Below are positions 1-9,882 of a DNA stretch of 64,000 nt, in pieces. The stretch is from NCBI GenBank assembly GCA_052327205.1, contig CM126222.1, forward strand, positions 47,554,001 to 47,618,000. Reading direction: 5' to 3'. This stretch comes from Somniosus microcephalus (lineage: Eukaryota). The notes under the pieces were generated by a model that was not told where the DNA came from, did not search any database, and worked only from the letters and a program-made list of their open reading frames with translations. The stretch's first letter is position 1. Every line of letters starts with the position of its first letter. Made by a program: the position numbers and the translations under genes.

Positions 1-99
1 ATGCCCATCCAACTTATTTTGACCCTGGTACCCACATCTTCAGTAATTGGTCTGTAGCTTTAAAGGCTGGTGGTGTCGACTGAATTTTGCTCTAGTCAA

Positions 100-395
100 T
101 TATTGGTGCTGGTTCCATTGAGTTTCTAGTCATTGACTTCCAGGATGTCGATAGTGGAGGATTTGGTGATGGTAATGCCATTGAATGCCAAAAAGGTGTG
201 ATTAGATGCTCTTGTTGGAGATGGTCATTGCTTGGCACTTGTGTGGCACAAATGACTTGCTATTTATCAGACCAGGCCTCAATTTGTTGTCCAGGTATTG
301 CATGCAGGCATTCTGAGGAATTGCAAATGGAACCAAATACTGATGGCTTAATGTAGAATAAAGATCCCTTTTTGTTCCAGCAATATGCCTTGGTC
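100..395 (-). mobile_element. Degraded LINE (CR1-like group) internal fragment
   Basis: GATGGTCATTGCTTGGCACTTGTGTGGC...TTGTCCAGGT resembles the reverse strand of an abundant shark LINE. Probably the same family as 14717-15050. No intact ORF. Confidence 0.45.
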
Positions 396-1517
396 TCAAC
401 CTCCTGAAGAGTACTCCATACCCTCCAATGTGACTTTTAAAAGTTCCCTAATGCAGCCACATTTTTATAATTGAGGTTTCTGATTAGGGGCAATTTTGTG
501 CTGTGGGCCATGCTCACTCATGAATTGAGTTCCCAAACTCCTAAATAGAAGTAAACCCACCAGCTGAGCAACTGTAACCAGTGAAGACTGACCAGTAGAA
601 TTATTGCACTATGGAACTGGTGTAAGGAATTCATGGTTTTTTTTAAGACACTGTTCCAGTTCAGCTGGAAATTTAGGAATTTGTGTAATGTTAAAAGCTC
701 TCTGGATAACCAGGCAGTGCCATATGATCCAAGTGGGAGTGAAAGTGAAGACAGAATCAAGATCCACTATCGTAACTGTTATTTAGAAGCTATGCTGACT
801 TCCACACCAGGCCAAGTAGTGATTGTTATTTGTAAGTAGGATGAGGTAAATATTAATGCCTCTTGGAAAATGATACAACCGATCATGCACTTGTGCCCTG
901 TGATAATCTTTGACATTGGATGATGGGTGTGAAGGGCACTGCAGCCTCCCTAATGTTAATTGGGAGCAACAGAGATTAAATTGATCTATCCACATCAGCA
1001 TGTCATACAATTTAAGTGTCCTTAACTGTCAGTCGTTGCAATTATCAAAGTTTTATTTTTGTTCTGTCCTTGTACTAGATGTGCTCCTATCTAGCAAGTT
1101 AAACACACATTCAAAAATAATTCTTCTGAAGCCGGTTGCTGTTTTGAAGCTTTACTTGAACAAATTTGTGAAACTAAACAAAGACAAAGTATGTTTTGTA
1201 CATAAACTGAGTACTATACATTTGATATTACATAAGATATAAACATATTTACAACAGTAGAATGGACTAATTGTATAACTAACTAACATTTGGACTAACT
1301 TCTATAACTATCAAATTAACCTTTTATAAACATAGTATTATCAAAATATTACTCTGACAACGTTGCTATTATGCTAAGGAACAAAGATACTCACAGATAT
1401 TGCGCTTAGCCTAACACATGAAATCAGATTACAGTGGATTGTGAATGGAACCTCTCATGGCAGATTCTCCATTACGCAAGTCAGGTTTTTCCTAGCAAAA
1501 CTGCTTCCTGGGGCCTA

Positions 1518-1612
1518 CAGGAAGAAAGGTAGGAAGGTCAAATGACCTCTCGGGAAGAAAGGAACAAAAGTCAAATGACCTCACACAGGAAGAAAAAGAT
1601 CAGATGACATTT
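1518..1612. repeat. Three imperfect ~33-bp tandem units (GGAAGAAA...GTCAAATGACCT)
   Basis: Units start at about 1518, 1551 and 1586. Each contains an AGGTCA-NN-TGACCT-like palindrome. Confidence 0.75.
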
Positions 1613-4539
1613 CCAGCATACAAACTGTTAGCACCCTCTGGTGGTGGTTATTGTTATCTGCACACAAATGTTCATTGGTCCAGAACAGTCCTGCTTTCTC
1701 TTTTTTCCCCTCCACCCACCCTTGGCTTCAAAATTGCACTTACAGGTGGCACTTTGAGGTACACCATCTGATTCTAGCAACTGCAACAAAAGTTGCTTCT
1801 GGTAGGGATTGTTCCTTTTTTGAATTGTGCAACAATGTGCTTTGTTTTGACTTCTATAAATGTAATACTCATTATAGTGGCGTGCATGAAGTATCTAATC
1901 CTGAGGTACTGAAGGTATTAATACACACCAAAATCACTGGTTTAATGTATATGTAATATGCAAGTTGATGGGAGGTAAGCTATCTGTACTTAAAAAATTT
2001 TAAAATGTAGTGTAACTTGATTCTAATTCTAAGTTAAATTCTGTGCAGTTAACTGGTCTCCAACAGTTTGTAGAATAACAAAGTTTAGATATTTTGGAAA
2101 GCTGACTGACCGACCAAGTATTTATTTCGTGAAGTGTATTGTCGGCTCTTTATCTTGTAGACATTGGCAGTGCCCAACAAATAGCTGTTAATGGTGTAGT
2201 TGCAGGTCCATTACTGCCTTCAGTTGCATTCTGCATTTATTAATTAGTCATAATTCCTTTCCATGTAAATATTAACATGTTAATGACTTCGCTGCCCTAA
2301 GAATGACTCGGTCCCCCCTCTAGGATGTGGAATGTAGTAGACTTCTGATACCATAATAAACCATGGAATCACTCCAAGACAGAACAAGCTCCCATATATA
2401 GCTGAAGGCTCTTGCATTAGTGGTTTTAAAAATAATGTTTGATTCAAAACCATGCAAGATTGGCAGTTTTAATTTTTGCATACTTTTCCTAACCATCTCT
2501 CTCAATCTTTTGTGGTGTAAAGTGAATTGAATTTTTTGTGATTGTCCTACTGTATGTGTATATTCTAGACATGCTATGTTTCCACAGTCCTACTTTAAAT
2601 TTCTTGTCCTAGCTCATTTACTGGGACTTGCCATCCTCCAATCAACTCTCCCTTCAAACTAAAGACACTTCCAATTGTCTTTTTTTTTCTCCTCGCAGCT
2701 CAAGTTTGCACTTTGTTTTAAAGCTTGTTAACCTGGCACAAGTTTATGCAGAGGAGGACACTGTCCTGAAATTATAATGTATTTGCTGAATAGAGGAGTG
2801 AATGATTTCCATTCACAAAAACCAAACTCAATGGTGTCAAACTATATTTTCAGTGTGGCTACCAGGGAACTGGTGGTCCCATACTCTGTGGGTGCCATCT
2901 GCTCCCATTTCATATCCCTGCTTGTTCCCCCTGCCCTGTAATATTTCAGTCAACCTGGTGCAGACACATTACTTATGTCCATCTTTGAATTGTTTTGCAA
3001 TTTCTTTTCCAACTTCAAATTCAAAATTAGACTTCAATTCCCTTTGGCTGTATTTTTGACCTAATCCCCAGCATACTTTACAGCTCCAACTTTGAGGGCC
3101 TAAAAGCTTCCAGGTGGTTTGATTTTAATTTGAGTAATACCATAACTCCATGCAACTTTACAGTGCCTATGTTTAAATGCTTTGGAAAGAAGTGTCTTCC
3201 TGTCATGAACAAGACAATGGCAGGCAAATAAATTAATTCCGTGCACCCTTAAAACTACATTTCTGGGAATAGGTTAGTGCAGAATGAATGCCTGAGTGGT
3301 TCATTAAGGCCTGGTTGTGTTTATTGAGCAGTATATTCCTTCTATTTGGCCAGATCTCTTGGTCAGCATTGGGTTAGTTTTAGGGAGCTGTTGTAGTAGC
3401 TCTCGGTTGCTGCAAAACTTTTTTCAATGTTCAGTGTAAAAGTGCCTCCATTCCAGAGCTAGCTCCTGATCCAACTCCAGAGCACAGTACTGCCAGCTCC
3501 CTTTCTTTCTCCCTCCTCCAGCTCACTTGGACATGATACAACATGGGAATAGAACTCATGGGATCCCAACAGTTGCTCTTGGGGGTCTGTTGGCACCTTT
3601 TAACATGAAGCAGAGATTTATGTTTATAGCTGCTTCTGCCTATACCCAAAACTTTAAAATTACCATCAGACTCATGGCACATCTTACAAATACCTGCTTT
3701 TCAGCACAGTTTATTGCATTTCCTTGACTAATGAACGAATTGAGATTGTAAATGACCTTGTAATCAGTTGACTCTCAAATTGACTTTGTTGCAGTGGTCA
3801 AAAGTAACATCACCCTGCTGTTGTTGATTCAAAGTCAACATATACAAAATGGCCTGTTTTCAACTCTGCTGGTGGGAGAGGAGCAGACTGAAATTTTCCC
3901 CTGAAGGGGGAAAAAACAGATTCTGCACCCATTTTGTGGCACAGTTTAGTGTTGTGTAAAGTCCACAAGCCATTTTTTGACTGGGAGAATTGGGATGTGG
4001 GTGAAGTGTACAAGGAACAACCAATGTACAGTGAGAAATGGAATGGAATGGTTGGGAGAGAAGAATTTAGGTAAAAGTTGAATTAAGCCTGTCAAATGCC
4101 TTGTGCTATAAGCATACCTTGAGTAGACTGGTCTACTTAAGTAAAGTATTGGTTGACTTAAGAAAACTACTAGGCACTTGGTCAGAGTATTAAAAAAGGC
4201 TTTAATTGACTGTTTTATAACATGGAAGTCCTTCGCTAGTTCCTGTTTACAATGTCCTGAGCAAGCTGGGCCTGTGCCAGAGTATTTATACTCTCCCTGG
4301 ACAGTACCACCAGCAGGCCACCCAGTATATTTCATAAGTCATTTCTACATGAATGGCATCATTCATGTCACTGGTCTTTTTCACAAATGTTGTATGATCC
4401 AGTATAGGTAGGTACCAAAGCTTTTAGAGGCCATAATTGATTTAACAAGTAACTTTTTTTTTAAAATTTATCCTTGGATCAGCAATCATCTATCTCTGTG
4501 CAGCCTTTACTTGGATTTTGTGACCAAAGGAGTCTTTAT

Positions 4540-5020
4540 TAAAAGTTGGTAACTGGCTGGGAGCTTGGAGACTGAGTAGAGATAAAGGAAATGTACATGA
4601 CAAATGTGTTCCTGGGATCTGTACTGGGACCTTTGCTTTTCTTCTATATCAATGACTTGGATTAAGGATATATCCAAGTTTGCAAATTACATGAAGTTGT
4701 GTAGATGTGAGCAATTACAAAGGGACTTGCAGATCATGTTCATGCATGGGGAAGTGCAAGATCAGCAACTTTGGATCTAAGATACGTGGATTTATTTTTG
4801 TGATTAGTGTCTGCGGAGGAACAAAGGGATTTGTGTGTCCGAGTACACCACTCAAAGCTAATGCGCAAGCACAAAAATTATCCAAAGGACTAATGCAGTG
4901 TCAAGCAGGGTGGAATACAATGGGGAGGAAGTGATGCTTCAGTTGTACAGTACCTTGTTCAGACCCCATCTGGAGCACTACATTCAGTGTTGGGCACAAC
5001 ACTTCAGGAAGGCTCTATTG
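4540..5020 (+). mobile_element. Old CR1 LINE RT fragment
   Basis: Decayed GVPQGSVLGP-like (GTTCCTGGGATCTGTACTGGGACC), INDL and SKFA segments, and an RPHLEY-like segment (AGACCCCATCTGGAGCAC). Confidence 0.75.
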
Positions 5021-5110
5021 AACTAGTGTATTTCAAATAAATTGTGGTCTTTATGGTTGAAAATAAGATTGCAACTAAGATTCTTCTGAATGCTTGAAGA
5101 TATTGGAGGA

Positions 5111-5385
5111 TGCTTTTATTTATGATCAGATATTCTATCTCATCAAAAGGTACTTAAGTCATGTGTTTTATTAAACATACAGCACACGCCACAATACTGC
5201 AACATAGACTTACAACCATACCCGATGGTTGGGACTCCAATACATTACAGGTCTGAAGTGTTAGCCAATCAACCCTTACAAATCCAAGTACTCATTAGTT
5301 GGTCACTTATACATTTATCTCACCCTGACTATTTGACAATTTGTACATTTCTGCATTACATGATGTACGTTAAGTTTTGACAACA
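5111..5385 (-). mobile_element. Candidate solo LTR
   Basis: TG...CA termini. Flanks GGAGGA/GGAGAA match 5 of 6. On the minus strand a TATAAG precedes an AATAAA about 60 nt from the end. Confidence 0.45.
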
Positions 5386-6868
5386 GGAGAAACTAACTGG
5401 ACAAGAACCTTTGTGTCCTTGATTCTGTACCAGCCATCATTGATTAATTCCCCAACAGAGACTAATTAAAGAGAATGCCCAGATGCTTTCCTTTTGCAAG
5501 ACTAACTTTTTTGTCCTTCACCCATTATTGGTGATCCCTGAAGCCTCTGAACCAGTATGTAATGGTACCTCTAATTCCCACCTTAAAGTGATTACTTCAT
5601 ACTGTAACTGGGCATTGCTGGAATGTTAGTCACTTTAAAATTGAATCATTTCTCAAAGGCTAAAAGTTAAAATTAAAATGAAGGAAAGTCAATAGTGGTC
5701 TTGGCTTGGCACATTTAGGTCATTCTGATTAACCCTTTCTTCATAGGGATAATTGTGATGGTGTGAATAAAATATTGTAACATGCAAAATGTTAATCACA
5801 TGGCTTCAGTAAACCAAAACTGCTGTTTTTTTTCTTCACACCTATCTAATTGATTTTCATTTGATCGATATTCTATTTGAACACCAGGCATTATAAGCTT
5901 AATTTTCTCCATGTCTTAGTAATTTATAGTTGATGTAGCAAAGGACATACTTTAAGTAATGGAGAAAAATTTGAGTTCAACTGTGCACAAATGTTCCTCC
6001 AAGCAGATAAAGAAAACCAACCAGGTAACCCAAAGCACTTGGGGGAAAATCAACATTATTGACTCCCTTCCTCCTGGAAGACAGATAGGAGTCACTGACT
6101 TCTCCATGCTTGGATTTTAAAGTTACTGGACAAAATCACATCCATGGAACAGCTGCAAACTGATTAGTCCTGATTTTTGTCCTCCATAAATTAAGTACCA
6201 GTGGAAGACAATCCTCTGCTATGTCCTAGTTCCTGTCTTTCAAAAATAATTGTAAAGCCTAGTTATTGTATAGTCATGGAAATCTTGTGTAGCTTGAGGC
6301 AAATTTTTAAATTTTAAACTACAGGAACTCATGGCAAGAACTTGTCAAATCTCTCTTCTGGAGGTAATTCTTAATAGTTTAAAGCATTTTGACAGTAAAA
6401 AAGGATCTGACTCACTAATGCGTGTCACTTGCTGTCATTTCTGCCACAACCAAAATATTGGGTAATAGGCATTCAAAGCTTTGTTATAAAGGACGGAACC
6501 AGCATTGAATGAATGAATTGAGTTTACTTGGAGTTCATGGCACCTGGGTATTGCTCAAGGCAATTCGACCAATTTAAGGACTTGCTTATACATTACACTC
6601 TTGACACACATTAAAGCTTTTTTCCTCTAGTTTAAACATTAGAGTATATGTATTGAACTTTGTTTAATATGCCAATCTTTAGGAAGCATTGGATAGTTAA
6701 TTGAGTCAGTGAACTTTGAAGGGCTCTGTTATTTTGGAATGGCTAGATGAGCTTATTCCATTTTTTTTCCAGTCCTGCAATTTCCTATGTTCCTTTTGAC
6801 TGTTAAAATGTAGCTGCCTCCCCACAGCTCACCCCAATAAGGGACCTGTTGTAAAGGTGATGGAGGTA

Positions 6869-7043
6869 AAACTTGGCAATGGGGAAACTGACCAGATTGG
6901 GTGGAATGCCAGTTTTGCCCCTCCTGCCCAATATTAATCTACATTGACTTAAGTGGAGTGTCAAATCGGGGAAGGGGTAGTAAATCCAGCGTTGCACCCG
7001 AGCCCAGCAGTTTCCTGACTGGCAGGTTAGCTTAAAATTGCCC
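6869..7043. mobile_element. Degenerate palindromic MITE-like element
   Basis: Imperfect inverted arms (AACTTGGCAATGGGGAAACTG... / ...CAGTTTCCTGACTGGCAGGTT) around a CATTGACTTAAGTG centre. Ends in AAAATTGCCC. Confidence 0.55.
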
Positions 7044-8020
7044 GCAATGTGTTTGCTTAATTGTTTCTTGAATTAACAAATCCGTTATATCTACTATTAA
7101 ACCTCACCTGGCAACAGCTACATACTTTCCAAAACTAGCACAAGATGACTTTCAGTGTAGGTACTGTATGCTGGAGGCAGGGCTTGTTACTGGCATGATT
7201 ACAATACTAACACAGTCTGCAAGTTTTTTGCTGATATCTCCCATAAAACTGCTCATGCATCTTCAGCATGATTGTAGCAATTACAACTGAATCTATTTTT
7301 ACTCTAGTTTAAAATCTAGATCGCTGTATGCATTTTTAGGATGATTGTACATGTGGAAACTGTCATCCTATGCACATACCTGCACATGGGGTGTTAAACA
7401 TGTAGAGCATTATATTATCATACCAAGGGAAATTGAGCTTAGTTTGAGTAGTTACTACATCTGCTTGCATTTATTTAACCTACTGCCTGTAAAAAAAATT
7501 CCATGGTGTGCTTCCCTCCTATTGCAGTCAGTTTTTCAGCATTGTACTGTTTGAAACTTGAAACCATATGCTGCACTGTGTCCAAGGAAAATCAGAAAAA
7601 ATCTTCTGTCTAAGCACAGCAGAGTCTAACTTGCCGAGGTTAATGACAAAGATCGCCTTCTATTTAAGGCAACACATTCTTTCCATTCATGCCTTTCTTA
7701 TCCATTAGTAATTCTTCCTAGAGAAGGAAGTGGAAAAAGATGAATGGAAAAGCTGGTGCTGATTTCCAATTTTGGGGCAGGAGGTGGGAGCACTTCTGTC
7801 CCAGCAGACTGTCCACAATGGTAACTATGCTTGTGTATTAGTTGCATCTAATTTAAACCTTGCATCTGTCTTTCTCCCTTGAGGTAATCTTTCATGAATA
7901 TGTATTACTTGTAGCCCCAAGTATTTTCATTGTCTTGAGTGCAGCAACAGTACTTGTAGAAATAATAACCCTATTGTCAATTCCTAATGTAGCTGTATAC
8001 ACAGGGTCAGATGCAGCAAC

Positions 8021-8242
8021 AAAGCAAATACTGCAGATGCTGGAAATCTGAAATAAAAACAACAAAAAAATGCTGGAGACGCTCGGGTTAGGCAGTATCT
8101 GAAGAAACAGTTAGCGTTTCAGGTCATGACCTTTCATCAGAACTGGCGAAAGGTCATCAACCTGAAATGTTAACTGTTCCTCTCCAGATACTGCCTGTCT
8201 CTTCAGATACTGCCTGACCTGAGTATCTCCAGCATTTTCTGT
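8021..8242. mobile_element. Fold-back element built from two inverted Penelope-like terminal (pLTR) segments
   Basis: Arm ATGCTGGAGA...GGCAGTATCTG...CAGTTAGCGTTTCAGGTCATGACCTTTC is the reverse complement of arm GAAAGGTCATCAACCTGAAATGTTAACTG...CAGATACTGCC...TCTCCAGCAT. The same family recurs at 20.9, 28.4 and 53.2 kb. Confidence 0.7.
8108..8145 (-). ncRNA. Minimal type-I hammerhead ribozyme motif (one core substitution)
   Basis: Minus strand reads CAGTT CTGATGA A AGGTCATGACCT GAAA CG CT AACTG: stem I CAGTT/AACTG, CUGAUGA core, stem II, GAAA. The U16.1 position is C in this copy. Confidence 0.6.
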
Positions 8243-9139
8243 GTATACAGCTATTGCTATTCAGTGCTCTCAATTGGATGTGACTGTGCAAAGCACTGCA
8301 TAGATTTGACCAAGCTTTTGGTCATCTGTCCTAATCCCCTTTGTGGCATCACATTTTGGCTTGTTGATCCTGTAATGTGCCTGGTGATGTTTTACTACAT
8401 TTAAAGGCACTTTATAAATGAGTTTTGTCCTTGTGTATTGGGTGGGGGGGGGGGGGGGGTGGGTGGAAGGAAGATACATGCATGCAACAACTTGACAACC
8501 ATTAAGAACACCTGCTTAAATTGAATGACAGCTGCCTTCTCCATTGGAAGTTTTCAACTATGGCTCAGTAATACTAAATTGTACAGGATTAAAATAATTT
8601 ACAACCTTGCTTTACCAAGTAAACTGAGTGGAATGCCTTCCTGTGAGTCTGAACTGCTATATTCTTCCCACAAGGACCAGAGGAACCCAGTGCTTCAGGT
8701 TGTAAACAAATATTTGCCACAATTTGCTAAAGTAGTTCAGTTGTCAGGTGTGAATTGCAGTTGTCTGGTTGAGCTTGCAGCTGCAAATGCACCACATTCT
8801 TTGGATGACCCTTGGCCATTATGATTCAGCCTGCTGCTTGTGTGATACCCTGGCAAAAGAGCCTTTACTATTAAAAAGGTCTCTACAGCTCTGTCAATTG
8901 CAAAAAATAGGGTAGGTGCTTATTAGTGTTAACATGTTGTTTTCAAAGCTGTCAGCTTTTATGGTATGGGAGTCTAACGGCAACATGCATCAGTTTTAAC
9001 ACCAGTTGTAGTAATTTTCAAATTGACCAAAATGGTGCTGATGCTAGTTTGGCAGCATGCTAGATGGTGGTAGACACTAAGCCAGTTGCTTTAGTCAACA
9101 GTTAACTGCCTGGCTCAGTAAGAGTACGCTTGCAGGGAA

Positions 9140-9882
9140 CATAAAAACTGACTGTAAAAGCTTCTATAGATATGTGAAGAGAAAAAGATTGGTGAAGTCA
9201 AGTGTAGGTCCCTTGCAGTCAGAATCAGGGGAATTTATAATGGGGGACAAATAAATGGCAAACCAATTGAATACTTTGGCTCTGTCTTCACAAAGGACAC
9301 AACCCCTCAAATGTCAGGGAACATAGGGTCTAATGAGGGAGGAACTGAATGAAATCAGTACAGGAATCTTTCGATTTACCGGCACCTAAATAACCAGAAA
9401 TCTCAGTTAATCGGCAAAATTCAGGAGTAGGTTTTACTTCACATTTGTATTTGCCACCTTCCATCTGTGCTGTGCAAGGGTGTGGCTGTTGCTAAGCACC
9501 ACGTCGGTCCCTTCTGTGCCAGATTTTAAAAAGTTTCCTGTATTTGTAGGGAGATTGAAGGCCGATAAATCCCCAGGGCCTGATAATCTACATCCTAGGG
9601 TACTTAAGGAAGTGGCCCTAGAAATAGTAGATGCATTGCTGGTCATCTTCCAAAATGCTGTAGACTCCTAGTTCCCATGGATTGGAGGGTAGCTAATGTA
9701 ACCCCACTATTCAAAAAATGTGGTAGAGAAAACTGGAATTATAGACTGGTAAGCCTGACATTGGTAGTGGGGGAAAATGCTAGAGTCCATTATAAAATGT
9801 AATAGCAGAGCACTTGGAAAACAGTGACCGGATCAGACAAAGTCAACATGGATTTACAAAAAGTAAATCGTGCTTGACTAAT
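9140..9882 (+). mobile_element. Older CR1 LINE (host), 5' portion of surviving ORF2 fragment
   Basis: Encodes decayed KTDCKSFYRYVKRKRLVKS, LKADKSPGPDNLHPRVLKEVALEI and QSQHGFT...SCLTN. Interrupted by a MITE and by a younger CR1. Confidence 0.92.
9361..9540. mobile_element. 180-bp Tc1/mariner-pogo (Tigger-like) MITE
   Basis: TA on both sides. Imperfect 25-bp TIRs: CAGGAATCTTTCGATTTACCGGCAC vs reverse complement CAGGAAACTTTTTAAAATCTGGCAC. Removing it rejoins the host CR1 (GAAATCAGTA|TTTGTAGGG). Confidence 0.8.

Noticed and set aside
1518-1612. CRISPR-like repeat spacing
   Set aside because: The units are contiguous, degenerate tandem repeats with no unique spacers or cas genes, in eukaryotic DNA.
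7722-7820. Possible exon (CTTCCTAG...ATG|GTAACT)
   Set aside because: The acidic-looking frame has a stop and the open frame gives no MXRA7-like peptide; support is insufficient.
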